From positions 4,960,001 through 5,024,000 of the forward strand of contig OZ241867.1 of assembly GCA_965203175.1 (NCBI GenBank): a DNA stretch of 64,000 nucleotides, given 5' to 3'. The DNA is from Candidatus Latescibacterota bacterium (lineage in GTDB: Bacteria; Latescibacterota; UBA2968; UBA8231). A program made the position numbers and the translations under genes. Below are positions 46,099-56,071 of the stretch, piece after piece; position 1 is the stretch's first letter; every line of letters begins with the position of its first letter. The notes below the pieces were generated by a model. That model saw only the letters and a list, made by a program, of their open reading frames with translations, had not been told where the DNA came from and did not search any database.

Positions 46099-48423
46099 AT
46101 GTTCATCGTCCTTTTGTTGCTCTGCTTGGCCGCCGCTGCTGACGCCGACCAATTGCGCTTTAGTTCGGCGCGCCAGTGGAGCGATTGGCAACTGCCCCTC
46201 GGCGCAGTCGAGGTTGCACCCAATGGCTCGATCCAACCGGTGCGCATCCAAAAGGGTGTAGATGCCGTACTCGATGCCACAGCTTTAGGGGGAGGCATCC
46301 GCCGGGCCGGCTCCAATCCCAGAGCCGCGACCGCGCTCCTCGACGGCGATCCAGCGACCGGCTGGGCACCTAGCCCGGACGACGACCCGGACGACTGGTT
46401 CGTGGAAATCGACCTCGGCCGCAGCGTCTCGGCGCACAGCATCGCGCTCATCTTTGCCGACGACGCGCCCCCTTTTGAGCTATTCGACCTTTTGCTCTCC
46501 TCCGGCGAGCCGCAGCTCGACCAAGTCGCCAGTCCGATCGAAGGCTCCCTGATCTACCGCATTAAGGAACGCTTCAAAGAAAACGCGCGCCACCGCGTCA
46601 CATTCGCCCCGGGCGCTGCGCTCTACCTAACGCCGATCCGCTACCTGCAAATCCGCAACCTCAAGCACATCCCCAACGCCCAGCTCGTCGCCGTCGAGGT
46701 CGAGAGCATTGGTGACAATCTCACCCTCAACCTCATCGAGCGCGGCGGGGCTATCGACATAGTCATCGACCCCTTTGTCCGCGCCGAAGAAGTCACCTTG
46801 GGCAACGCGCTCAACCTAGTCGATGGCTCGATCTTTAATCGCTGGCGCAACGGGCGCGAGCCGCGCAACACCTACGATACTTGGAGCCACATCACCATCG
46901 ACTTAGGGGCCGTCTATCCAGTGGACTTCGTGCGCCTGATTACTGGCATAGCCATCCGCGGTGGCTTTGGCGAACACCTGCTGCGCACCCGGGCCGGAGC
47001 CAGCGGTCCGCGTTCATTCAGCTACAAAAACTACGAGATCCTCACTTCGGACGGCACCATCGCCCCCGACGGCACCCGCCGCTGGACGCGGCACTTTGCC
47101 GGGTTCCCCGACAGCGAAAACCACAGGGCTGGACTAGCCGACCACCAGTTCCCCACCTTGCCAGCCCGCTACGTCCGCATCGCTTGGCTAGTTTGGGACG
47201 CCGCCTGTGCCACAACCGTGCCCGACGCCGCCGCGAGCTGGGGCTGCCGAGCATCTGGCTCGGCCGAAGAGATCCAAGTGTACGGCGAAGGCTATCCCCT
47301 GGCGATCCGTCTCCGTTCGCCGCTCATCGACTTAGGCAACGGCAAGAATCTCAACTCGATTGAGTGGCAGGCCCAGACCCCCTTGGGCACTCACATCGAA
47401 ATCCGCTCGCGCACGGGCAACGAAGTAGTAGAGCAATACACTTTTCACGATAAAAACGGCAAAAAAGTAACTCAGAGGCGCTACGACAAACTGATCCCCA
47501 GTTTTAAGGGCAAAATCGACACCACGCGCATTCCCGGGGCGGACTGGAGCCCCTGGAGCAATATCTACAGCGCTTCGGGCGCGGCCTTCCAGTCGCCCTC
47601 GCCGCGCCGCTTTATGGAACTCGATGTGCGCTTGGTGTCCGACAGCCCGACGCAAGCTCCCCACTTCGACTGGCTGGCCGTCAACTTCAGCGACCCGCTG
47701 GCTTCTGAGGTCGTCGGCGAAGTGTTTCCCCTCCAAGTTGCGCCTGGCCAAGAGACCCTGTTTTCCTACTTCCTGCGACCCGCGATAACCCAAGACGGCT
47801 TCGACCAGATCGCAATTGAAGCCACCACAGCCCCCCGCTTTGACGCCGCCTTTATCGATGGCGAGTCCGTCGAAGTCACCACCGAGTCTCTCGCTCAGGG
47901 CTTCCGCGCCACCTTCCCGCGCCGCATCCGCAGTCGCCAACTCGTCGAACTGCGCTTCACTGCGCCGGTCTATGTACAAGCAACCCGCTTTGATGCCTTC
48001 CTCGAAGACAGCCAAAAGGCGCAGGTGCGGCAGCTTGTTGACCCAGGCGACGCCGCGCCGCAAGTCGAGAGCAGTTCCAACGTCGTGCGCCTGCCCGTAG
48101 CCGATCAGCTCTTTGCCGGCCTCTCGTTCAGCCCCGCGCTCATTACGCCCAACGGCGACGGGATCAACGATCAACTCCTCATCTCCTTCGACCTCATCAA
48201 CGTACTCTCCGCCCGCCCCTTGCACCTGCGGCTCTATGATCTGTCCGGCCGGCTGCTTTTTGCCCAAGAGCAGGACGGCCAAGCCGGCCACATCGCATGG
48301 CACTGGGACGGCCGCGACCAACGCGGCCAGCGCGTGCCGCCCGGCCTCTACATAGTCGAGTTGCACGTCGCTGGCGACGCCGGCGACCGCAGCGCACGAC
48401 GCATCGTGGCCGTGGCCTACTAA
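46099..48423 (+). CDS. Secreted protein with C-terminal FlgD-Ig-like domain
   Basis: Signal peptide; EIQVYGEGY, RSRTG, WSPWS, TPNGDGIND, WDGRD; paralog of 2833-4923. Confidence 0.78.
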   Translation: MFIVLLLLCLAAAADADQLRFSSARQWSDWQLPLGAVEVAPNGSIQPVRIQKGVDAVLDATALGGGIRRAGSNPRAATALLDGDPATGWAPSPDDDPDDWFVEIDLGRSVSAHSIALIFADDAPPFELFDLLLSSGEPQLDQVASPIEGSLIYRIKERFKENARHRVTFAPGAALYLTPIRYLQIRNLKHIPNAQLVAVEVESIGDNLTLNLIERGGAIDIVIDPFVRAEEVTLGNALNLVDGSIFNRWRNGREPRNTYDTWSHITIDLGAVYPVDFVRLITGIAIRGGFGEHLLRTRAGASGPRSFSYKNYEILTSDGTIAPDGTRRWTRHFAGFPDSENHRAGLADHQFPTLPARYVRIAWLVWDAACATTVPDAAASWGCRASGSAEEIQVYGEGYPLAIRLRSPLIDLGNGKNLNSIEWQAQTPLGTHIEIRSRTGNEVVEQYTFHDKNGKKVTQRRYDKLIPSFKGKIDTTRIPGADWSPWSNIYSASGAAFQSPSPRRFMELDVRLVSDSPTQAPHFDWLAVNFSDPLASEVVGEVFPLQVAPGQETLFSYFLRPAITQDGFDQIAIEATTAPRFDAAFIDGESVEVTTESLAQGFRATFPRRIRSRQLVELRFTAPVYVQATRFDAFLEDSQKAQVRQLVDPGDAAPQVESSSNVVRLPVADQLFAGLSFSPALITPNGDGINDQLLISFDLINVLSARPLHLRLYDLSGRLLFAQEQDGQAGHIAWHWDGRDQRGQRVPPGLYIVELHVAGDAGDRSARRIVAVAY

Positions 48424-48545
48424 AATGATTTAGGACTGCTATATCCCTATGTTGCCAATGGCGTCGAGAAGGCGAGCCTAGGTCCGTGCGGCTGATATCC
48501 CTTGATGGTTATGCTTTTTGTCGAGGAGTGCGCAAAGTCAACGGC

Positions 48546-49112
48546 TCACCCCCACACCAAGAACGCAGCCAACAGCGCAATCCACACCGCTTCGAGGAAA
48601 TGCCAGTACGCGGCGCAGGCCCGCACGGAGAACAAATGCTCGCTGTCGAGCCGATCCACGCGCGCCTTCCACGCCAGCATCGACAACGGCACCATCCCGC
48701 CCACCACGTGCAATGCGTGAACCACAACCAGCGCGAACGCAATGCCATAGACACTCACCTCCAGCGCCCTATGGCGATCGAGTAGCTGCACTAGCGCCGG
48801 CACTTGCACGGCGATAAACAACGCGCTCGTCACCCATGCCCACGCCAACCACCGCCGCAGAAGCGGGAAGTGCCCGCGCTTGGCGTTCTGCGTCGCCTTG
48901 TACATCGCCACCCCAGCGCCCAACAGCACTGCCGTCGAAACGCCAAGCGCCAGCGGCAGTTCAATGCGCTCGCTCCCCTGCAGCGCTGGGCTGGTCAGCC
49001 GCAGGTAGGCAAAAGCCGCAATGCTGGCCCCAAAGAGCATGCCCAGCGAGATCAAAAACAGGGCCAAGCCCAACTGGCGACGCCCCCGCAGATCGGGTGA
49101 GTTCCAGCTCAT
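48546..49112 (-). CDS. Cytochrome c oxidase subunit III family protein
   Basis: Five TM segments; LFLISLGMLF, HALHVVGG, YWHFLEAVW. Confidence 0.8.
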   Translation of the reverse strand: MSWNSPDLRGRRQLGLALFLISLGMLFGASIAAFAYLRLTSPALQGSERIELPLALGVSTAVLLGAGVAMYKATQNAKRGHFPLLRRWLAWAWVTSALFIAVQVPALVQLLDRHRALEVSVYGIAFALVVVHALHVVGGMVPLSMLAWKARVDRLDSEHLFSVRACAAYWHFLEAVWIALLAAFLVWG

Positions 49113-49894
49113 CCCCAGCGATACTCAGGCGGGTCGAAGACGAATCCGTGGAAAAAGCGCCGCTGCGCCGGCGAAAGCTCCTGCAAAAAGGCCTGGTCGT
49201 AGCGCCACTGCTCGGCACACGCCAGCATCCACGGATGTTCGTACCCATAGTACAGCATCACCCGCTTGCCCCCGCTGCGCGTAAAGGGACCAGCCGTATG
49301 CCACATCGCGTTGTGGAAGAGCACCGCCGTCCCCGGGCCGCCACATATCTGCACGGCTCCGGGCATACCATTCCCCGTGTCAGGCTCTAGCAGCGCCTTG
49401 TGGCTGCCGGGCACCAAGGTCAGGTTGCCTTGATCGGGCGCGCTCATGTCGCTCAGGTAGTACCCGACCTTGAACTGCAACAGCGGGATGTGCGGCTTGA
49501 GGTTGCGGAAACCATCCTGAATGCCATCGATGTGCCAGCCCTGACCGTGGTAGTCGGCGGGTTCGACCTCGTAGAAGGCGTCCGTCGAGTGCAGGTGCGG
49601 CATCTCGTTAAACAGACCGTGGACGTAGGCCATCATCGGCTCGTAGTCGAGCATTTCCAAAAAGAGGGGATCCTCGGCTAGCAGGTGCATGACTCGCACG
49701 TTGGCCGCGTCGAGCCGATCGGCAAAAGCTGGCTCGTGCGCGCGCTTGAACTGGGAGTCACGCCGACGCTCAATGGTGCGCTCCAGTGCCGCATAGAGGT
49801 CCGCAACCCGATCCGGCACGAGGAAATCTTCCAGCACCAAGTAGCCGTTGTTGTCGAAGAAGAAACGCTCGGCGTCTGTGGGATGGTCGGTCAT
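49109..49894 (-). CDS. PhyH family Fe(II)/2OG dioxygenase
   Basis: FFFDNNGYLV, WHID, VPGSHK, FHNAMWH. Confidence 0.88.
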   Translation of the reverse strand: MTDHPTDAERFFFDNNGYLVLEDFLVPDRVADLYAALERTIERRRDSQFKRAHEPAFADRLDAANVRVMHLLAEDPLFLEMLDYEPMMAYVHGLFNEMPHLHSTDAFYEVEPADYHGQGWHIDGIQDGFRNLKPHIPLLQFKVGYYLSDMSAPDQGNLTLVPGSHKALLEPDTGNGMPGAVQICGGPGTAVLFHNAMWHTAGPFTRSGGKRVMLYYGYEHPWMLACAEQWRYDQAFLQELSPAQRRFFHGFVFDPPEYRWG

Positions 49895-49907
49895 AATCAA
49901 ATCCTTC

Positions 49908-50846
49908 CTAGGGAGTCCACTCTTCCATCATCTCGGCGTACTGGCGCGCTTGATCGGAGATATCCACGCCGACTTCTTCAGACCACGCCGCGAGCAACTG
50001 GCTATACACCGGCCCCACTTGGCCATCGCCCACCGCCTGAAAATTAAAGCGCGTGATTGGCACCATGCAGATCGTGGTGCTGGTAAACCACGCCTCATCG
50101 GCTTCGCGTACATCGTAAGGCTCGATGTCGGCTTCGCACAGGGGAAGGCCGAGTTTACAGGCCAGCTCCATACACGCGCCGCGCGACACGCCGCGCAGGA
50201 CATTGTGTCCTTTGGGCGTTATTACTTGGCCGTCGCGGACCATGAAGAAGTTGTTGCCCGTTCCCTCGGTGATAAAGCCGTGCTCGTCAGTCAGCAGCGC
50301 CTGGGCACCAGCTTCCATCTGCGCGGCCTGCAACTCGGCGATCTTGTAGAAGATGCGGCTGCGGTTTTTGGCCTTGGGATCGATGTAGCGCGAAGGCACC
50401 GACTGTTGGGGCGGGACGACGAAGTGCGCCCCCTCCTGATAGAGATGCGCCATCCCGCCGATGTGCCGCACCAGTGGGAAGACGTTGATGGTGACAATGG
50501 GGGCCGTGCCCTCCTTGACGATGGTATTGTACAGCGGCAGGGCACCGCGCGTGACGTCGTGCATGATCTGGAAGTCCAGCGCGCCGATTGCGGGCAGGTT
50601 GCGGGCAATGGTCTCGTGGGTCGCCTCTTCCATCGCGTCGATGTCCATCCCGCAGTCGATCTGCGCGTATTTGAGCGAGCCGTAGAGCCGCTCCAGATGC
50701 TCGCGCAGTCGGAAGGGCTTTTGCCCAAAGCTCCGCGTCATCTCAAAAACCATGTCCCCATACATCAGGGCGCAGTCGAAAATCGAGATCCGCGCCTCCG
50801 GCTCGGGGACGAACTCGCCGTTGAAATAAACCAGTCGTTTGGCCAT
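49908..50846 (-). CDS. Class IV PLP aminotransferase (IlvE/D-amino acid transaminase-like)
   Basis: YGDMVFE, HLERL, ITEGTGNNFF, LRGVSR, DEAWFTST. Confidence 0.9.
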   Translation of the reverse strand: MAKRLVYFNGEFVPEPEARISIFDCALMYGDMVFEMTRSFGQKPFRLREHLERLYGSLKYAQIDCGMDIDAMEEATHETIARNLPAIGALDFQIMHDVTRGALPLYNTIVKEGTAPIVTINVFPLVRHIGGMAHLYQEGAHFVVPPQQSVPSRYIDPKAKNRSRIFYKIAELQAAQMEAGAQALLTDEHGFITEGTGNNFFMVRDGQVITPKGHNVLRGVSRGACMELACKLGLPLCEADIEPYDVREADEAWFTSTTICMVPITRFNFQAVGDGQVGPVYSQLLAAWSEEVGVDISDQARQYAEMMEEWTP

Positions 50847-50897
50847 AGCTGCCTCCCTGTGATATGAGCGGTCAATCCGCTACCACCCTCCAGCCGT

Positions 50898-50947
50898 AAA
50901 GAAAGGCCAGATAGCCCTTGCCCGAAAGGTCAAAGACTATCTGGCCT
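50898..50947 (-). terminator. Intrinsic terminator downstream of the ECF sigma gene
   Basis: AGGCCAGATAG...CTATCTGGCCT long stem followed by TTCTTT on the minus strand. Confidence 0.7.
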
Positions 50948-51034
50948 AAAACGATCTGGTATAATTTGAAATTTGAATATTAAATGGCCGCGCCGGAGAC
51001 AGCGCTTTTCGCTGGAGCCGACCTCAATACCCCG

Positions 51035-52798
51035 TTACCGCCCCTTGCTCCACGCTCGCATGATCCGCGGTGCCCCGTACCACGCATGGCAGCCGAAACC
51101 CTTGGGCGGATCGACCGGATCGGGTATCAGCCCTTCTTCGCGGCAGGCAACCGTCAGTTCCTTACACGCCGCTATGAGGCCCAAAAATCCCAGATAGTGA
51201 GGCTGTCCCAGCAAGTGTGAAAACTCCAACTCATCTACCTTCTCGGCAAAAGCCGTTATCGCACCGTCAAGCACGTTGCAGGCGAGTTCAGCGCAGATCT
51301 CATCGATCGTTCCGATCAGCCTCTCCTCGTCTGCTCCAGTCACAACCGGCATGCCCAACCGCCAGCGCCCGTCTTCTACCTGGACTAAATAGCCTTCTTC
51401 GCTGTATTCCGCCAGTCTCGATCTCGCTCCCTCGTCCACGTCATCAAGCAAATCCTCCTCGTCCGCGTCGCCGAGCAAATCCTCCTCACTTATAGGTCCC
51501 TCGCACAAGCGGCCGACAAATCGATCTAGGTCTTCGAAGCGCAGAATCTTCCTATAATCGCCTCCGACCATAAGGCGAGATTCCGCTACATTACCCATGC
51601 CCATATCGTCCCCTTCCGTCATCATTCCGGCAAACCAGAGAGAAGGCTCCTTTTCGGCACCGCAATTGCCTACCAGATACCAAAAGTCCACCGGCCTGAG
51701 TGGATAGGTCAGAATGCGATGTTTGCCCCAATTGGGCAGTGATGACACTTGCCGCCCCAGACCACGCAAGACAATCCACTGCGGCAACGCGATCCAAGCT
51801 AGTTCCTCCCAAGTAAATCCCTGCCAGCCGCACAGCGAAGTATGGCCTAGAGCCTCTCTGAACTGCGGCAGGCGGCGCTTGAGGATAGCTATGCCCTTCC
51901 GTACAGAATGCACGCTCTCGAAGAGCGGCAAGCACTCTTGGCGCGCCATAAAAAGAAAGGCAGTCTGATAACGACCGGGGAAGGGCTCCTCCAGCATTTC
52001 TCCTTCCACTAAGCCCGGCACGATGTCTTGCACATAGGCCCTGTCGGCGTGCAACAGACGGGCCAGTTCCTCTACGCTTTTTGCACCCTTGCGGCAGAAG
52101 TAGAGCAAGCGCTTGGCCAGTAAGTTGTCCGTCTGCCGCAGCGGATGCAGTGGGTCGTGCTGGTTTGCGCACTCGCCTAGGACCTCGATGTCAAGCGTTT
52201 CAGGTATTTCCATTGGCATCGTCGTCTCGGGTGCCATGTTCTCCAACTCCTTTCTCAATCTTTTGCGCCCTTGGAAGAGTCGGGCCTTCACCGCCCCCAC
52301 CGAAAGCCCCATCTCCTCGGAGATCTCCATGATAGATTTGTCCTCTATGTGAAAGGCAGTGAAAATGCGGCGCGAAGACTCCGACAGATTCTGGGCCGCT
52401 TCTGCGATGGCTGCCCCTATTTCACTCGATAGCAACCGCTGCTCCGGCGTGCGTTCCCCCTCCTTGACCATCGCGTACCGGGCGAGCAACTGATCCCGGT
52501 GCTGCTGCTTATCGCACCGATCGAGTGCCAAGCGATACACCAGGGTGCGCAGCCAAGCGTGAAAAGCGGCCCCCGACTGCAACTCGCCAAGCCGACTCCA
52601 AGCGCGGACAAAGGTCTCCTGCAACAAATCCTGCGCCTCATCGATCTCGCCGCCGCTCAAGGCACAGGCATAGGGCCACAGCCGTGCCGAATGCCGCTCG
52701 AAAAGCCGCGCAAAGGCCCATTCGTGGCCTTCCTGTGCGGCGGCCACCAAATAGGCGTCATCTACTGTCTGGCCATGGATTAGCTGATATTCTCGCAT
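51035..52798 (-). CDS. ECF RNA polymerase sigma factor with ~400 aa C-terminal extension
   Basis: Region 2 AQDLLQETFVRAW..AFHAWL; region 4 SIMEISEEMGLSVGAVKARLFQGR. Confidence 0.88.
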   Translation of the reverse strand: MREYQLIHGQTVDDAYLVAAAQEGHEWAFARLFERHSARLWPYACALSGGEIDEAQDLLQETFVRAWSRLGELQSGAAFHAWLRTLVYRLALDRCDKQQHRDQLLARYAMVKEGERTPEQRLLSSEIGAAIAEAAQNLSESSRRIFTAFHIEDKSIMEISEEMGLSVGAVKARLFQGRKRLRKELENMAPETTMPMEIPETLDIEVLGECANQHDPLHPLRQTDNLLAKRLLYFCRKGAKSVEELARLLHADRAYVQDIVPGLVEGEMLEEPFPGRYQTAFLFMARQECLPLFESVHSVRKGIAILKRRLPQFREALGHTSLCGWQGFTWEELAWIALPQWIVLRGLGRQVSSLPNWGKHRILTYPLRPVDFWYLVGNCGAEKEPSLWFAGMMTEGDDMGMGNVAESRLMVGGDYRKILRFEDLDRFVGRLCEGPISEEDLLGDADEEDLLDDVDEGARSRLAEYSEEGYLVQVEDGRWRLGMPVVTGADEERLIGTIDEICAELACNVLDGAITAFAEKVDELEFSHLLGQPHYLGFLGLIAACKELTVACREEGLIPDPVDPPKGFGCHAWYGAPRIMRAWSKGR

Positions 52799-52825
52799 CG
52801 CACTTTACGCCTTTCTGTCTCCTAA

Positions 52826-52850
52826 GACGGGGCAAAGGCGTTAGAGGTTA
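52826..52850 (-). promoter_or_regulatory. Putative autoregulatory ECF promoter
   Basis: TAACC-N16-CGTC immediately upstream of the ECF sigma start. Confidence 0.5.
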
Positions 52851-52922
52851 TATTGGGCGAGAAAATAATGGCAACAACGGGGGGTTCACCTTGCGGTGAT
52901 GGGGGATTGATCTAACTGCAAG

Positions 52923-52940
52923 AAATTGTAACTACAATTT
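52923..52940. promoter_or_regulatory. Perfect palindromic operator candidate (GntR/FadR-like)
   Basis: AAATTGTA-AC-TACAATTT in an AT-rich intergenic region. Confidence 0.5.
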
Positions 52941-53043
52941 TAACAAATGCTTAGCACTTACACACTTATTCAGCGATCCCTGCGATAATCGGACTCAGAT
53001 TGGGCGGCGAATAGAGTTCACCTTGCCGTCGGCGCGGTGAATC

Positions 53044-54057
53044 TCACGGCGTCGGTGCCCCCGCCGGCAGCAGCCCTTCCGCCTTCAACTCCGCCCACAG
53101 AGCCGACGGAATCTCCACCTGCATCACGCGCGCGTTGTCCTCCAACTCGGCCACCGACGCCGCACCGGGCACCGCCGAAATCACCGCCTCGTGCCCAAAG
53201 GGAAATTGCAATGCCGCGGCCCGTAACTCAACGCCGTGCCGGTCGCAGACGGCCTTGAGCGCCTTGGCCTGTTGCACCAGATGCTCAGGCGCGGGCAGGT
53301 AATCAAAAGACACCGGCTGGTTCAAATCGCGGGCGAGGATGCCGCTGTTGTACGGCCCGCCCATGGTCAGCTTTACCCCGCGCTCTACGCACAGCGGCAA
53401 AAACTCGGGCAGCGCCGATTGGTCCAGCAGCGTGTAACGCCCGGCCAACAGGATGTAATCCAGATCAAAGCGCTCGACCATCCGTCCGGTGCGCTCCCAC
53501 TCGTTCATGCCCATGCCAATGGCCTTGACCGTGCCCTTTGCCCGCAATTCGACTGCGGCCTCTAGCGCTTCGATAAAGTCTTCGTCGGTATGCTGCCCTT
53601 TGAAATCGCTATCGTGGACAAAGAAAATATCCACCGCCGCCAACCCCAGCCGTTCCAAGCTCGAATCGAGCGAGGCCCGCAGGCCCGCAGCGCTGAAGTC
53701 AAAATCGTAGGTGTAGGGCGGAATCCCATCCTCGCTGTAAGGCTCCAAGTCGTCCGGATTTTCAGGCCGCAACACCCGCGATCCTTTGGTCGAGATAGCA
53801 AATGACTCGCGCGGAAACTCGCCCAGCACCCGCCCATAGCGCACCTCGCTGCGCCCATCGCCGTACATCGGCGCGGTATCAAAATAGCGCACGCCTATTT
53901 CATAGGCCCGGCGGATGATGGCCAATGCCTCGTCGTAGCCGCTCCCCTCAAAAATCCCATCGGCTAAGATCATCCCGCCCAACGGCGCGCCACCCAACCC
54001 CAGCCGCGTAACCTCCACGCCCGTATTGCCAATCGCTACTTTTTCAAAAGGGTCCAT
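53044..54057 (-). CDS. Aldo/keto reductase (D-threo-aldose/L-fucose dehydrogenase-like)
   Basis: LGLGGAPLG, DTAPMYG.G.SE, STK, HD, LAGRYTLL, NSGILA. Confidence 0.88.
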   Translation of the reverse strand: MDPFEKVAIGNTGVEVTRLGLGGAPLGGMILADGIFEGSGYDEALAIIRRAYEIGVRYFDTAPMYGDGRSEVRYGRVLGEFPRESFAISTKGSRVLRPENPDDLEPYSEDGIPPYTYDFDFSAAGLRASLDSSLERLGLAAVDIFFVHDSDFKGQHTDEDFIEALEAAVELRAKGTVKAIGMGMNEWERTGRMVERFDLDYILLAGRYTLLDQSALPEFLPLCVERGVKLTMGGPYNSGILARDLNQPVSFDYLPAPEHLVQQAKALKAVCDRHGVELRAAALQFPFGHEAVISAVPGAASVAELEDNARVMQVEIPSALWAELKAEGLLPAGAPTP

Positions 54058-54059
54058 AC

Positions 54060-54956
54060 TCACTCCAGTCCATAGAGCCGCTCGGCATTGCCGGCGAACA
54101 ATTTGGCCTGCTCTTCCTCTGGGCGCCCGGAGACGATCTCCCGCAGCGCAGCCACCCATGCGCTCAAACTCGCCCCGAAGTTGCACACCGGCCAGTCGCC
54201 GCCAAACACCACCCGGTCCGGCCCAAAGCTGTCCAAACAGTGATTGACCGTCGGTGCCAGCGTGTCGGCGCTCCACCCTGCGGGTGCCCGGGCGATAATC
54301 CCAGATATTTTGCACACTGCGTGATCGCGCTCGGCCAAAGTCGCCATGTCGCGCTGCCACTGCTCTTTGGTATGGCTGAACGGGTTGGCCGGATCGTGCT
54401 CCGCCGCGCCGTTGACGATCTGCGGGTCGGCATTGCCGCAGTGATCGACGATGAAAAGCGTACCTGGACACTGATCCACCAGGCCGACCGCGTCTCCTAA
54501 CTCGCTCGGCCGCAGACACAGATCGAAGCTCATGCCGATCTCTCCTAGGTACTGCACGTCCCGGACGAAACGCTCCTGCAGACAATGGCCCGGCTCGGCG
54601 TCGGGCACGTGCAACACCTGCCGCACGCCCTTAATAGCATCCTCGTCCTTAAAGCGGTCGATATAAGCGCGGAAACCCTCCCCTCCCGGGCTGCCCCCGA
54701 TAACCGCCCCGGCCATTGGATTGTCATCGGCCCTGCACAAGCCAGCAACAAACTCCGCTTCCGCAATGTGCTGCGCAGCGGCGACATCCACTTCCATGTA
54801 AATGGTGCGGGCGATACCAGCCCCAGCACCCGCGACCAAGTAATCGCTCATCAAGTAATTTTTCCGCAGCGGGTCCATTCCCTCGCTCTCCAACCACGGC
54901 AGCGCGAACTGAGCCAAATCCCACATGTGTTGGTGCGTATCGACAATGGGTAGCAT
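54060..54956 (-). CDS. Amidohydrolase 2 family (sugar lactonase-like)
   Basis: DTHQHMWD, GVRQVL, DHCG, CKISG, FGGDWPV. Confidence 0.88.
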   Translation of the reverse strand: MLPIVDTHQHMWDLAQFALPWLESEGMDPLRKNYLMSDYLVAGAGAGIARTIYMEVDVAAAQHIAEAEFVAGLCRADDNPMAGAVIGGSPGGEGFRAYIDRFKDEDAIKGVRQVLHVPDAEPGHCLQERFVRDVQYLGEIGMSFDLCLRPSELGDAVGLVDQCPGTLFIVDHCGNADPQIVNGAAEHDPANPFSHTKEQWQRDMATLAERDHAVCKISGIIARAPAGWSADTLAPTVNHCLDSFGPDRVVFGGDWPVCNFGASLSAWVAALREIVSGRPEEEQAKLFAGNAERLYGLE

Positions 54957-54977
54957 GATCTTTCCTCTGTTTAGTGG

Positions 54978-56069
54978 TTAAATCTCAACTCGACACTCGT
55001 ACACTTGGGCATGGCCACTTTGATCCGACGCAAAGACCACGTAGCGCCCATCCGGCGAAAAATTCGGATGCGGATGCGTGTGCTGCGGCGCATAGACCTC
55101 GACCGGGCCGTCGTCGTACGGGCAGTGGTCAATATTCCAGTGTTTGCCCTCGTTGCTCGACTGCGACCGGCAGAGCAGTTGCGGCGCGCCGACCCCGTCG
55201 TTGGGATCGAACACCTGCAACCCGCTATCGGGAAACGTCGTATCCGCCACCATCCGCGCGCCATCCCGGCTGACCATCGGATGCCAAGCGTTGAACGAAC
55301 AGACCTGCCGCACGGCTCCAGTATCGACATCGACGCCGATGACCCCGTGCGGCCAGCGCGTCGTCAGCAGCTCTCGCTTGCGCGGGTGCCAGGTCTCGTG
55401 GACGATCCACTCGTTTCCCTCGCGCGCGTACGCCAGCCGATGGTCGCTTCCATCCCGATTTACCACCCACATCCGCTCGTAATACGGCCCGGCATAGCGC
55501 AACAGCGAACTGTCATTCGGATGAAACTCTGGATGGCCAATCGAATCTCGCTCCACGATCACCTCACTCGCACCGCTACAGGTGTTGATCACCACAAAGC
55601 GCGCCACATCGCCCATCTTCACCGGCACCGCCCACCACTGGTCGTCGTAACTAAGCGCCGTCGTCCCCATCGCCGCTGCAACCATGCCTTTTTCGCGCAT
55701 GGCCTCGGTGGCAAAAGAAGCCAATTGCTCTTCCTCACAGCTCTCGGTATCCACCCGCCAAGCCCCTTGCCCATCGGTGAAATAGACATAGCGGCCATCG
55801 TGCGATGGCGCGATCGAAAACTCGGCTAGTCCCTCGTGCTCGGTTAGCTGCAGCAACTGCCCAGAATCGCGCAATTCCAGAAAAAGTTCCGCGCGGCCCG
55901 TGCGGTACGAGACAAACACCAAATGCCGCATCGCGTCGTCGTACGCGGGAACATAATAGAACGGATGGTGGTGAATGGACGCGTGCGCGGTAATCTGGCG
56001 GACTTCAGCACCCGTCTGTGCGTCGCGCGAGGTCTGCGACTCGGGCGGATAAAGCGTGCCCCGTCCCAC
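54978..56069 (-). CDS. Oligogalacturonate lyase (PL22)-like beta-propeller protein
   Basis: D..TG.EV.QIT, HHPFYY, GHPEFHP, HETW, THPHPNFSPDG. Confidence 0.75.
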   Translation of the reverse strand: MGRGTLYPPESQTSRDAQTGAEVRQITAHASIHHHPFYYVPAYDDAMRHLVFVSYRTGRAELFLELRDSGQLLQLTEHEGLAEFSIAPSHDGRYVYFTDGQGAWRVDTESCEEEQLASFATEAMREKGMVAAAMGTTALSYDDQWWAVPVKMGDVARFVVINTCSGASEVIVERDSIGHPEFHPNDSSLLRYAGPYYERMWVVNRDGSDHRLAYAREGNEWIVHETWHPRKRELLTTRWPHGVIGVDVDTGAVRQVCSFNAWHPMVSRDGARMVADTTFPDSGLQVFDPNDGVGAPQLLCRSQSSNEGKHWNIDHCPYDDGPVEVYAPQHTHPHPNFSPDGRYVVFASDQSGHAQVYECRVEI

Positions 56070-56071
56070 GG

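Noticed and set aside
50847-51034. Riboswitch or attenuator upstream of the class IV aminotransferase
   Set aside because: Only a single hairpin with a T-tract is seen and no aptamer motif is recognisable; a terminator for the sigma gene is simpler.
53044-54585. N-terminally extended ORF-track calls (also starts at 535, 12012, 30647, 62715)
   Set aside because: The extensions overlap neighbouring genes; internal starts with RBS and family-typical N-termini fit better.
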